Shown: positions 27,680 to 37,072 of the stretch, one piece after another
How the letters are laid out: each line of letters begins with the position of its first letter
Numbering within the stretch: the first letter of the stretch is position 1
Assembly (NCBI GenBank): GCA_963768835.1
Contig: CAVYJB010000001.1
Span: 24,420 to 88,419 of the forward strand
DNA from: an uncultured bacterium
GTDB lineage: Bacteria; Patescibacteriota; Minisyncoccia; UBA6257; GWB1-50-10
DNA length: 64,000 bases
Direction of reading: 5' to 3'
Notes under the pieces: generated by a model
Database searches by the model: none
What the model saw: only the letters and a program-made list of their open reading frames with translations
Told to the model about the DNA's origin: nothing
Made by a program: the position numbers and the translations under genes

Positions 27680-28015
27680 ATGGCAATCTTCAAACACAAG
27701 ATACTCGTCGTTCTTTTATCCATCGCTGCAGTCCTCACCCTCATTGCGTTGGGTACCATTGCCCTCAGAGTGGATCACCTTTCGACGCCGCTCATCATCC
27801 ACTTCGATGCTTACCACGGCATCGACTTCTTCGGGACCCGTGCGGATTTATGGGGCATCGGAGCCATCGGAGCCCTCGCGCTTGTTCTGAATACATTCCT
27901 GGCAGAGGCCTTTTTCTACCGAGAGCGGCTGCTCACATATGTTTTCATGGGCGCCAATGTTCTCGTATCGCTTTTTTTCCTCATCGCCGTCATCGTGATC
28001 GTATCGGTAAACTGA
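27680..28015 (+). CDS. Small hypothetical membrane protein (3 TM)
   Basis: Hydrophobic 111-aa ORF ending 2 nt before rmuC. Confidence 0.45.
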   Translation: MAIFKHKILVVLLSIAAVLTLIALGTIALRVDHLSTPLIIHFDAYHGIDFFGTRADLWGIGAIGALALVLNTFLAEAFFYRERLLTYVFMGANVLVSLFFLIAVIVIVSVN

Positions 28016-28016
28016 C

Positions 28017-29081
28017 ATGGACACCACCTTTTCTATTATCGTCATCGCAATCGTAATCGGCGGGTTCACGTTTCTGTGGTATGCGCTTCAGAAGCAACAG
28101 CGACGGGCTTCCACGACTGACCCCGCACTCCTTCTTCTCCAAAATCAGCTGAACGAGATCACCCGAACGCTCGACGCGAAGCTTGGGGAGTCCACCCGAG
28201 CCATCCAGCAACAGTTCGGCGCGAGCGCGAAGATCATTCAGAGCGTGACTGAGAAACTGACGCGGCTTGACGAGACCAATCGACAGGTGGTCGGGTTCGC
28301 CGACCAGCTCCAGAGCCTCCAGGACATTCTGAAGAACCCCAAGCAGCGCGGCATCCTCGGCGAGTACTACCTCGAAACGGTGCTCAAGAACGTCCTACCC
28401 CCCGGTTCCTACGAGATACAGTACCCGTTCAAGGATGGCACCATCGTGGATGCCGTGGTCTTCCTCAGCCAAGAGGGGAACGAGCGGCGCGTCATCCCCG
28501 TGGATTCCAAGTTCAGCTTGGAGAACTACAACCGCATGCTCGAGGCTCGCGACCCTGCGGATAAGCGACGCTACGAAACTGCGTTCGTGAATGATCTCAA
28601 GGTGCGCATCGATGAGACCTCCAAGTATGTAAAGCCGGAGTCGGGCACAACGGACTTTGCTTTTATGTTCATCCCGTCCGAAGCAGTATATTATGACCTC
28701 CTCATTAACAAGGTGGGAGCCATCGCGGACGACACCAACAACCTCATCCGCTATGCGGGATCAAAGCGCGTATACGTTGTTTCCCCCACGACATTCCTGG
28801 CCTTCCTTCAGACCGTGCTCCAAGGACTCCGGAACCAAAAGATCTCCGAACAGGCGCAAGAGATCATTAAGGAGGTGGAACGGCTCGGGAAGCACCTCCT
28901 TTCGTACAGTGAGTACATGGAGCGAGTTGGAAAGAATCTTGGCACAACGGTTTCGGCTTACAATAAGGCAAGCGGAGAGCTGCGGAAAATAGACAAGGAC
29001 GTGCTTCATATCACCGGGGAATCTGCCGGTATCGCCAGCGTGGAAGCTCTCGCAGCTCCCGCAGAACAGGATGAAGACTGA
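28017..29081 (+). CDS. rmuC: DNA recombination protein RmuC
   Basis: N-terminal TM, coiled-coil region, and C-terminal RmuC-family block (ILGEYYLETVL ... AVVFL ... IPVDSKFSLENY ... FAFMFIPSEAVYY). Confidence 0.8.
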   Translation: MDTTFSIIVIAIVIGGFTFLWYALQKQQRRASTTDPALLLLQNQLNEITRTLDAKLGESTRAIQQQFGASAKIIQSVTEKLTRLDETNRQVVGFADQLQSLQDILKNPKQRGILGEYYLETVLKNVLPPGSYEIQYPFKDGTIVDAVVFLSQEGNERRVIPVDSKFSLENYNRMLEARDPADKRRYETAFVNDLKVRIDETSKYVKPESGTTDFAFMFIPSEAVYYDLLINKVGAIADDTNNLIRYAGSKRVYVVSPTTFLAFLQTVLQGLRNQKISEQAQEIIKEVERLGKHLLSYSEYMERVGKNLGTTVSAYNKASGELRKIDKDVLHITGESAGIASVEALAAPAEQDED

Positions 29082-29964
29082 CACACTAAAGAATCTCCTG
29101 GAATTCTACGGCGCCCTCGGGCGACCCCTCTCAGTTCTTGAACTCCGGCGGCTCCTGCCTGAACGGGATGCGGACATAGGAGTGCTTACAAAAGATCTCG
29201 AAGAGTTGGAGAAAGAGGGGAGCGTGGTTCGCACGGAAGGGTTTTGGAAACCGGCACGCGTTGCCACGACCGCGCTCGATCGAAAGCGACAGGACGTGCA
29301 GGCAGACGTAAAATGGCGGAAACTCTTGAAACGAGCAAGATGGCTCCGCTTCGTTCCATTCCTGGAATGCGTTTTTGCTTCAGGATCAATGGCGCTCGGG
29401 AACGCGTCATGGTCCTCCGATTTTGACCTCCTCACCGTGGTCCGCACAGGACGTCTCTTCACCGCGCGCTATTTCCTGAACGCGCTCTTCTTCCTTCTCG
29501 GAGCGCGGCGCATGGATGATCTCGAACGGAGTGGGGTGGATCGGCTCTGCTTCAACCACATCGTGACAGCGACGACACTCGGAAAACCGCCGTACAACCG
29601 GTATCGTCACGAGCTTTACCGGAATCTTGTACCTCTCTGTGGAACCACGGCCGTTCTCGAGCAATTCTGGCGCGCAAATGCATGGTGCCACCCCAACCCT
29701 CAAGCCCATCTGGACCAACGTTTCCTCGTCCATCCCGGCCCTATTGCGCGAGCCCTAGAATCCCTTCTCGGCGGCTGGTTTGGAAGCGGCGTGGAGGCAC
29801 TCGCTCGTACTGTTGCGCTTTGGCGAATTGGGCGCTACGTCGCCCGGAAAGACCGCCGCGACCGTGTAGTGGTCACGCCCGAGGAACTCGAGTTTCACTT
29901 CCGGACCGATCTCGAGCGTCGCTTCGGAGAGCTTCCTCACTCCTTGGAAACGCTCGGTGGATAA
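29071..29964 (+). CDS. Nucleotidyltransferase (pol-beta superfamily) with N-terminal winged-helix-like region
   Basis: ASGSMALGNASWSSDFDLLTVV matches the hG[GS]x9-13Dh[DE]h motif of pol-beta/MNT/CD-NTase-type enzymes; 11-nt overlap with rmuC. Confidence 0.6.
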   Translation: MKTDTLKNLLEFYGALGRPLSVLELRRLLPERDADIGVLTKDLEELEKEGSVVRTEGFWKPARVATTALDRKRQDVQADVKWRKLLKRARWLRFVPFLECVFASGSMALGNASWSSDFDLLTVVRTGRLFTARYFLNALFFLLGARRMDDLERSGVDRLCFNHIVTATTLGKPPYNRYRHELYRNLVPLCGTTAVLEQFWRANAWCHPNPQAHLDQRFLVHPGPIARALESLLGGWFGSGVEALARTVALWRIGRYVARKDRRDRVVVTPEELEFHFRTDLERRFGELPHSLETLGG

Positions 29965-30053
29965 TGCTTCGTTGCGCCGGCCTGTCCACCCGCTACAATG
30001 AAGAGGCAAGGGCACCTTCATAACCCATCTATCCATAGTTAGGGAGAAGCGGT

Positions 30054-30545
30054 ATGGTGACGAGCGCAGAGGAGCTGGTTGAGAGATGCTTCCTGGAGCA
30101 CAAGGAAGATGTAACCTTTTATCGGACCCTGCGGAACAGCCCGCTGGACCGCAAAAAGGTTGATTTCCTGGACGTGAGGCACCGCGCAACGGGCATCACG
30201 GCTTCGCTCCAAGTGAAGACCTCAACGAGTGGGAAGACCATCGGAATATCCCTCCCGTCCTCTTACCGGGAGCTTCAAGGGTTCAACGGAACTCTTACAT
30301 CCCGCATGCGGAGTCAGATTCATGTATATTCCCGTTATTCCAACGTTCTCGACGGCATTCTCTTTGTCGCACGAGTCGGCCATCGACAGAGTGAACCGGA
30401 AATTATTCAGAGAATCTGGTCCGAAATCGGGAAACTCTTTGCTGCTATCGGCCATAACCGGAGGCGAAAGGAAAGGACCGCCCGTCTCATCCCGGTACTT
30501 GCAAACCGCCGCAGACTATGCTATACTCGCGGCGTGAGTGACTAG
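30054..30545 (+). CDS. Hypothetical protein (possible small PD-(D/E)xK-fold protein)
   Basis: VDFLDV ... ASLQVKTS is reminiscent of a D...(E/Q)xK nuclease core; weak; followed by a terminator. Confidence 0.35.
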   Translation: MVTSAEELVERCFLEHKEDVTFYRTLRNSPLDRKKVDFLDVRHRATGITASLQVKTSTSGKTIGISLPSSYRELQGFNGTLTSRMRSQIHVYSRYSNVLDGILFVARVGHRQSEPEIIQRIWSEIGKLFAAIGHNRRRKERTARLIPVLANRRRLCYTRGVSD

Positions 30546-30607
30546 AGTTTTCGCCATCTGCAAGAGCTTCGGTTCGCGCGGAAATATGACGAAAATCCTT
30601 CCTTTCT

Positions 30608-30637
30608 TCCCCTGGGGCAACCCAGGGGGAGTTTTTA
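30608..30637 (+). terminator. Rho-independent terminator
   Basis: cccctgggg caa ccccagggg hairpin followed by gagttttta. Confidence 0.75.
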
Positions 30638-30895
30638 TCTACCACTAACCAGGTTGCCACCACTAGGTGAATTCGGTATTCTAAGGAGGGCGGGGAAATG
30701 GGGTACTCTAGAGCTCCTTTCGCGACTATGCTCTGTTCGGGCCGCGCGGGCGGCTACGGATGAGCACTCACTCACAAAAACAAAAAAGGAGGTCACCACC
30801 GTAGCCGCTCGGACGGCCGGAGGAGTACCCCGTTCCCAGCTCCGCACGGTAACTTACCTGCGCCTGCCGGCCGTTCGGTAGGCCTATTTTTCACT

Positions 30896-33403
30896 ATGGC
30901 ATTCCTCTCTAATCTTTTCCCCGATCGACGGCTCAAGGCCGCGGAGGCCGTTGTCGGGCCTGTGAACGCGCTTGAAGCGCGTATCTCCGCGCTCTCGGAC
31001 GATGCGCTCCGAATCCGATCGCTGGAGCTTAAGACCGAGATGAGCAAGAGCGAGGATAAACCCGCAGCCCTCGAAGGCGCCCTGCCGGAGGCTTTTGCGC
31101 TTGTTCGGGAGGCCGCCCGACGTACCCTTGGACAGCGCCACTTCGACGCACAGCTCATCGGAGGTGCGGTACTCCACCGGGGGCAAATCGCAGAGATGCT
31201 CACAGGTGAAGGAAAAACGCTCGTCGCGACCCTGCCCGCATACCTGAACGCCCTCGCGGGGGAGGGGGTCCATATCGTGACTGTAAACGACTACCTCGCC
31301 CGCCGTGATGCCGTTTGGATGGGACAAATTTATCATGCGCTTGGCCTTACCGTCGCTTGCCTTGTGCACGACGCGGCTTACCAGTACGATCCCGCGTTCG
31401 AAGCGACCGAGCTCGACAAGGAGCGTGATGCGACCGGAAGCTTCCGCGTGGTGGAAAAATTCCTTCGGCCCGTCAGCCGACGGGAGGCGTATGCCGCGGA
31501 TGTTACCTACGGAACGAACCATGAATTTGGTTTTGATTATCTCCGCGATAACCTTCTCCTGCGGCTCACCGACCGCGTCCAGCGGGGCCATCCTTATGCC
31601 ATCATCGACGAGGTGGATTCCATTCTGATCGATGAAGCGCGGACGCCCCTTATCATTGCTGCGCCGGACCAGGAATCGAGCGAGCACTACAAAACCTTCG
31701 CCCGGATGGTGGCGCGGCTTGAACCCGAAACCGACTACACGGTGGATGAGAAATTGCGTACTGTGAACATCACGGATGCCGGCATCGAGAAGGTGGAGAA
31801 AACGATGGGCATCGGGAACATCTTTGCTCCGGAGAACGGCCGGCTCGTACATTTCTTGCAGGAAAGCTTGAAAGCAAAGGCGCTGTTCCATCTGGATAAG
31901 GAATACGTGGTGCGGGACGGCAATGTCTTGATTGTGGACGAGTTCACCGGGCGCATCCTCCACGGGCGCCGCTACTCGGGTGGGCTCCACCAAGCCATCG
32001 AAGCGAAGGAGGGTGTCACCGTCCAGCAAGAGAACCGTACGTTTGCGCAGGTTACGATTCAGAACTACTTCCGCCTCTACAAAAAGATTGCCGGCATGAC
32101 AGGCACGGCTCAAACCTCCGCCGAGGAGTTTCATAAGGTTTACAACCTCGACGTAATCTCTATCCCGCCGAACCGGCCCATGATCCGGGAAAATCTTTCC
32201 GATTTGATTTATAAGACGAAGGAGGCTAAATACCGGGCCGTGGTGGAAAGCGTGCGGGAACGGCACGAAAAGGGACAGCCCGTTCTTCTTGGAACGACCT
32301 CCATCGCCAACAACGAGATTTTATCGCGTTACCTCACCGAGGCGGGCGTCCCGCATGAGGTGCTCAACGCCAAGAACAACGAGCGAGAAGGGGCCATCAT
32401 CGCCCAGGCGGGCCGAAAAGGAGCCGTCACGGTCGCAACCAATATGGCCGGCCGCGGCGTAGATATTATCCTCGGAGGAAATCCGCCGGTCGCCGAAGAG
32501 GCCACGGTGGTCAAGGGATTCGGCGGACTTCATGTCATCGGAACCGAACGGCACGAGGCACGGCGCATCGACAATCAGCTCCGGGGGCGTTCGGGTCGAC
32601 AGGGAGATCCAGGCTCTGCGCAGTTTTTCCTGTCCCTGGAGGATGACCTTATGCGCATTTTTGGAGGTGACCGCATCAAGCGGCTGATGGAGACTTTGCG
32701 GGTGCCTGATGAAACGCCCATCGAATCAGGGATGGTCTCGAAATCTGTAAACCAGGCTCAGGAGAAAGTGGAGGGGGCAAACTTTGATATGCGGAAACAC
32801 CTCCTCGATTTTGACGATGTACTAAACAAACAACGAAGCGCGATTTACGCTCGTCGTCTGGAGTATCTCGATGCGGGACTTTCAAACACTATTCTGCCGA
32901 CTGTCGAGGGAATCCTCCAGCATTTTGCAGAGATGGCCACCGCGCAACTCGGGGCAGGGGAGAGCTATGCGCCTGATCCCGAGAAGGAGAAAAAGATCGA
33001 GGAACTCCAAAAGCATGTGGCGTCACTCCCTAAATCCATCGAGCCGGAACGGAGCTTGATGGTAAGCCAGCACCTGGTTCAGATCCTTGATATGCTCTGG
33101 GTGGACCATCTCGACTACCTCGAGAACCTCCGTGACACCGTAAACATCCGCGCCTACGCCCAGCACGAGCCGCTGGTCGAATACCGTCGCGAGGCGCATC
33201 AGCTCTACCAGAATCTCCTCGCGAACTTCGAATCTCTTGTTTGGAACACGATTTCCCAAGTGCTCGAGTTTGATCTATCCAAGGCGCGGGCGAATAACGC
33301 CCGAGCTGCCACGCCGCCTCCACCAGAAGCCAAGAATATAGGCCGCAATGACCCCTGCTGGTGCGGATCGGGGAAAAAGTACAAGAAGTGCCATGGAGCA
33401 TAA
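30896..33403 (+). CDS. secA: Preprotein translocase ATPase SecA (with C-terminal zinc-binding CWCGSGKKYKKCHG)
   Basis: Full-length SecA (835 aa) with NBD1/NBD2 and characteristic C-terminal motifs. Confidence 0.97.
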   Translation: MAFLSNLFPDRRLKAAEAVVGPVNALEARISALSDDALRIRSLELKTEMSKSEDKPAALEGALPEAFALVREAARRTLGQRHFDAQLIGGAVLHRGQIAEMLTGEGKTLVATLPAYLNALAGEGVHIVTVNDYLARRDAVWMGQIYHALGLTVACLVHDAAYQYDPAFEATELDKERDATGSFRVVEKFLRPVSRREAYAADVTYGTNHEFGFDYLRDNLLLRLTDRVQRGHPYAIIDEVDSILIDEARTPLIIAAPDQESSEHYKTFARMVARLEPETDYTVDEKLRTVNITDAGIEKVEKTMGIGNIFAPENGRLVHFLQESLKAKALFHLDKEYVVRDGNVLIVDEFTGRILHGRRYSGGLHQAIEAKEGVTVQQENRTFAQVTIQNYFRLYKKIAGMTGTAQTSAEEFHKVYNLDVISIPPNRPMIRENLSDLIYKTKEAKYRAVVESVRERHEKGQPVLLGTTSIANNEILSRYLTEAGVPHEVLNAKNNEREGAIIAQAGRKGAVTVATNMAGRGVDIILGGNPPVAEEATVVKGFGGLHVIGTERHEARRIDNQLRGRSGRQGDPGSAQFFLSLEDDLMRIFGGDRIKRLMETLRVPDETPIESGMVSKSVNQAQEKVEGANFDMRKHLLDFDDVLNKQRSAIYARRLEYLDAGLSNTILPTVEGILQHFAEMATAQLGAGESYAPDPEKEKKIEELQKHVASLPKSIEPERSLMVSQHLVQILDMLWVDHLDYLENLRDTVNIRAYAQHEPLVEYRREAHQLYQNLLANFESLVWNTISQVLEFDLSKARANNARAATPPPPEAKNIGRNDPCWCGSGKKYKKCHGA

Positions 33404-34082
33404 ACCGGAGCTACCGCTGGTCGGGGCTTGGGCCCGGGATTATTTTCATGCCGCACGCGGATACGCCGCGGCTTTCTTGTCCCGCCAGCCGCCTGCCCAC
33501 TATCTCGGACATGTCGAAGAAGGAAAATCTCCCATTATCCTGATTCCGGGCGTCTATACGGAATGGCACTTTTTACAACTGATCGCCGACCCGCTCTCGC
33601 TCTCAGGACATCCGGTCTACATGGTTGAGAAGTTAGGGTATAACACAGCAGCAATCCCAGACGCGGCACGGATTGTTCGTGAACTTATCGACGAGAGGGG
33701 ACTGCGTGATGTGATCATCATCGCCCATAGCAAGGGTGGTCTTATCGCAAAGTATCTGCTCGTAAAACTAAATGGCGACGGACGTATTCGGAAAGTCATC
33801 GCAATCGCAACCCCTTTCGCAGGGAGCGAACTCGCTACCCGGGTACGCTTAAAAACAATCCAGGAGCTTGCGCCAACGAGTGACACCATCCGGATGCTCG
33901 CAGCGGAGAAACAAGCGAACCGCGCCATCGTCTCTATCTTCGGAACCTTCGATAACCACGTTTGGCCGACTGAAAGTTGTCGCCTTGAAGGCGCCAAGAA
34001 CATCCAGATAGACGTCTTTGGCCACCACGCAATTCTCGACGACCCAAGAATCCAGCCGATCATCCAGGAAGAAGTAAGGTAA
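33393..34082 (+). CDS. Alpha/beta-hydrolase (lipase/esterase-like, PGAP1-like)
   Basis: IILIPGVY ... IIIAHSKGG nucleophile-elbow variant; start at MEHKPELP overlapping the secA stop. Confidence 0.65.
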   Translation: MEHKPELPLVGAWARDYFHAARGYAAAFLSRQPPAHYLGHVEEGKSPIILIPGVYTEWHFLQLIADPLSLSGHPVYMVEKLGYNTAAIPDAARIVRELIDERGLRDVIIIAHSKGGLIAKYLLVKLNGDGRIRKVIAIATPFAGSELATRVRLKTIQELAPTSDTIRMLAAEKQANRAIVSIFGTFDNHVWPTESCRLEGAKNIQIDVFGHHAILDDPRIQPIIQEEVR

Positions 34083-34139
34083 CACCGTGCTCGAGATAGA
34101 AGGAAAAAGCTCCGATGTAGTAGCATCGGAGCTTCTTTA

Positions 34140-34904
34140 TCAGAGGTAGCCAGCTTTTTTTAGCCAGTCCACGTTCTCCCACTCCCATAATTTCTTTGCG
34201 CCAAGAAACGCCTCGAAATCGTCTTTCCAGTATGGAAATTCCTGGAGTTCGATACGGCCTTCCAAGGGACCCCACTCGTGGGTACAGGCCTGCATAAAGG
34301 GGTTGCCCCATTGGACCTTCACTTTCGCCGTACCGCCTTTCGTCCGCAGGATTGCGCCGCAGTGAATACACCGACGATCTTGATCGATACGGAGTATCCA
34401 GCGAGTCTCCAGGCCTTTGATAGCATCTTTCATCGCTGCAAGATACGCCGAAGTCTGCAAATTATAATCGCGATAGATCTCCTGCGAAGTCTTAATATCC
34501 AAGATGCCGAGTCGGCCACCAATGAGCGCGACGGCGTCCAGAGTTCCTGCATAACGGTGCTCGTAGTTTACAAGACGGTGCTCCACATAGGTCGGGTCCA
34601 CCGTTATCTTGTTCGCGAGCATGAACTCGAGGAACGCCCGAATGGACGGCTCAATAGAAGGGTCTACCGCTGGCTTTTTGCTGAGAAGTATGCCCTCTAC
34701 CGTCTCATGGATGAGGGTCCCTTCCGTCGCGGATTGTCTTTTTACGCGTTCGCCGGCCGCAAAGCTCTCCATCCGCCCATAGAAGTGATAAAGGGCTGGT
34801 TTCGATTTGATTTCAACGATTTTTGTGACTCGCGGATACCACGTCCCGTCGATCTCATACCCCGCCCGCTCTTTAAAAGCCTCAACTGTTTTATACTCGT
34901 TCAT
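34140..34904 (-). CDS. PD-(D/E)xK nuclease, RecB/Cas4-like, with C-terminal Cys cluster
   Basis: GTLDAVAL ... LGILDIKTS ... YNLQTSAYL (motifs II, III and QxxxY); CIHCG ... C cluster; no cas or recBCD genes nearby. Confidence 0.65.
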   Translation of the reverse strand: MNEYKTVEAFKERAGYEIDGTWYPRVTKIVEIKSKPALYHFYGRMESFAAGERVKRQSATEGTLIHETVEGILLSKKPAVDPSIEPSIRAFLEFMLANKITVDPTYVEHRLVNYEHRYAGTLDAVALIGGRLGILDIKTSQEIYRDYNLQTSAYLAAMKDAIKGLETRWILRIDQDRRCIHCGAILRTKGGTAKVKVQWGNPFMQACTHEWGPLEGRIELQEFPYWKDDFEAFLGAKKLWEWENVDWLKKAGYL

Positions 34905-34999
34905 AGAAATTCGGAACCGCTGTACACTTCATTTTACCAGAAAATTGCAAAAATGCACGTGATTCCACGAGCGGCAGGGGAATGTGCTTTCTCCAGCTA

Positions 35000-35029
35000 T
35001 TGACAATATAGATTAGATTATATTATTAT
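35000..35029 (+). promoter_or_regulatory. Sigma70-like promoter in an AT-rich intergenic region (TTGACA-N18-TATTAT)
   Basis: ttgaca at 35000-35005 and tattat at 35024-35029; ~45 nt upstream of the GTG start at 35076. Confidence 0.5.
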
Positions 35030-35075
35030 ATGTTCAGCAATCCGAGGCTCAACATTCACAACTAGAGGTGGTACC

Positions 35076-35468
35076 GTGATCATCGAGGTGCACCACGGCG
35101 AAAAAGAAGGCATGTGGTACGTCGAAGGAAGAGAACGACCGTTGTGCGCAGGCTGCGCAAGACTCGACAACAACGTCCGAGAGATGGAGAAAAGACCTCA
35201 CCGCAGGTGGTTGCTCCGCAAGGGGATAGCGTGGCTCGACAGGATACCCACCTTACGCGCACGGTGGATGGAAACGCTTAAAGACAAGGAACCATGTCCT
35301 GCAGCTCGAGCCGCGGCCGCTTTTGCCCTTTCTTTCAATCAAATCGAAAATGGAAAGATGAGTCGCATGGAAGCCATGAACGGCATCATCCGATGCGCCT
35401 ACTTCGTACCAAATGCGGATGCCACAATCTTACAGTCATCAAAGAATCAGACGCGAGACCCAAGATAA
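35076..35468 (+). CDS. Hypothetical protein (GTG start)
   Basis: Promoter upstream and strong terminator downstream; no known motif. Confidence 0.45.
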   Translation: MIIEVHHGEKEGMWYVEGRERPLCAGCARLDNNVREMEKRPHRRWLLRKGIAWLDRIPTLRARWMETLKDKEPCPAARAAAAFALSFNQIENGKMSRMEAMNGIIRCAYFVPNADATILQSSKNQTRDPR

Positions 35469-35505
35469 GTGTTACGAGCGGGATATTTGAGACTCGGAAA
35501 CAAAC

Positions 35506-35545
35506 AAGCCGGCAGGGGAATACTCCCTTGCCGGCTATCTTTTAC
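35506..35545 (+). terminator. Rho-independent terminator
   Basis: agccggcagggga ata tcccttgccggct hairpin followed by atctttt. Confidence 0.75.
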
Positions 35546-35623
35546 CTTTAATACTGTCGCACAATATATCTTTTGCGTCATAACTATATTCGCAAAGGAC
35601 CAATCCGTCCTACCCTTCTCCCA

Positions 35624-36058
35624 TTAGTGTATGAGCGATAGAAGCCAGGTCACAATTCCCTTCACGATGTCGATAACCCACAAAACTGCATTTCCAACAG
35701 CTCGCCCGACCTCAGAAAGGCTTATCCCGAGTTTAGACACTACAAAGCTATTAATCTGGTCTAGAAGGCCCTGGGGGCTCGTAGGAAGCCCTGGGGCGTC
35801 CTGCAGTGCCCCACGGACCCCATTCCCGATGCTCTGCGCTGTCTGAGAAACGACGGGAAGGTTTTGGATGTTTGCGGTAACACGGCTAAAGAGGCTCCAA
35901 ACGTCCTGCAGTGGTTGCGGGATATTGTTTAGATTTAATACTCCTGGAGCGCTCGCCGGTAACACCAGGGCCTTGCTTGCACCGGGTGCCAATACTAACA
36001 TAAGAAAAATCCCAAGCGCCGCGATTCGCGCCTTTCGGTTCATATTCAAATTATACAA
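35624..36058 (-). CDS. Secreted/membrane hypothetical protein
   Basis: Signal anchor IAALGIFLMLVLAPGASKA; C-terminal TM helix. Confidence 0.5.
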   Translation of the reverse strand: MYNLNMNRKARIAALGIFLMLVLAPGASKALVLPASAPGVLNLNNIPQPLQDVWSLFSRVTANIQNLPVVSQTAQSIGNGVRGALQDAPGLPTSPQGLLDQINSFVVSKLGISLSEVGRAVGNAVLWVIDIVKGIVTWLLSLIH

Positions 36059-36085
36059 TATTTACAAGGCTAAGCCAAGATTAGG

Positions 36086-37066
36086 TTAGCGACGGAAGCG
36101 CTTCACGAGCCGATAAGCGGTATAAAGCGGTCTCCAGAGCGGCAAATCCCAGGTTCCGACTCTCCGAATCTCTGTGCCACCAAAACTCTTTTTGAATGCG
36201 GTGATACCCTGCCATCCCGGTTTCTCGTGGCTCACTCCCCAGAAATCGAAGGTGTGGCATTGCATCTCATGCGCTGCGCGGATTGCGTGCCAAAGTATGA
36301 GTGACGGCGCATTGTATTTTCCGTAGCCAGGCGCGGAAGCCGCATAAAGATAGGTAGCGGTGTCACCAAAAAACACAACGAGGGCGGCTGCGATGGGTTT
36401 TCGTTGAAATTCCGCAGTGAAAAGCTCGGTCCAGCACTCCCCTGCCATCCCAAGAACCGATCGGTAGTAAGCGGGCGGATAATGCGTGAGTGCGTGCCGC
36501 GCATTGGTATGCTCAAAAAGATCCCAGAAGATATTGAATCGTGCTTCTTTCTCGGCTGGTTCTGTATAGCGGTGGATCGCAACGCCTCTCCGCTCGGCCA
36601 CTCGAAGCGCGTAACGGGTATCATGTTCCATATCCGTCAATAGGTCCTCCTCGGATTTTGTGAGGTCGAGGAGGAGGGTCTCTTTAGGTTGGGCATCCCG
36701 CCATTCCTGAAACCCCTCATGCATGAGGATCCGCCGAGTTTCTTCCCCATCCTCTGTCATGAGCTCGATGCGTAGAAAAAGTGGATGCCCGGCCCCAGGA
36801 ACCTTTTTTACCGAGCGCACGAACTCCAAAAGTCCTTCCGTGGTAACGTGAGCATTTCCCAATAAAGGTCCTTGCGGAGCGTAGAGATAGTTCAATCCGA
36901 GCGGCAATGGATAACGAATGAGAAGCGCGGGCGCAGGTCCCTCGACGCGCATCGTGCGACGCCCGAGGGATTCTTGGAGACTCCCCCACTCTGAGGATTG
37001 AAGAAAAGAGCCTCCGTGCGCAAGCACTACATCATTCCAAATCGCGGGCACAGTCGTGTTCTCCAT
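36086..37066 (-). CDS. FemAB-family peptidoglycan bridge-forming aminoacyltransferase (FemX/MurM-like)
   Basis: TYLYAASAPGYGKYNAPSLILWHAIRAA ... FDFWG characteristic of the FemABX family. Confidence 0.7.
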   Translation of the reverse strand: MENTTVPAIWNDVVLAHGGSFLQSSEWGSLQESLGRRTMRVEGPAPALLIRYPLPLGLNYLYAPQGPLLGNAHVTTEGLLEFVRSVKKVPGAGHPLFLRIELMTEDGEETRRILMHEGFQEWRDAQPKETLLLDLTKSEEDLLTDMEHDTRYALRVAERRGVAIHRYTEPAEKEARFNIFWDLFEHTNARHALTHYPPAYYRSVLGMAGECWTELFTAEFQRKPIAAALVVFFGDTATYLYAASAPGYGKYNAPSLILWHAIRAAHEMQCHTFDFWGVSHEKPGWQGITAFKKSFGGTEIRRVGTWDLPLWRPLYTAYRLVKRFRR

Positions 37067-37072
37067 GATACT

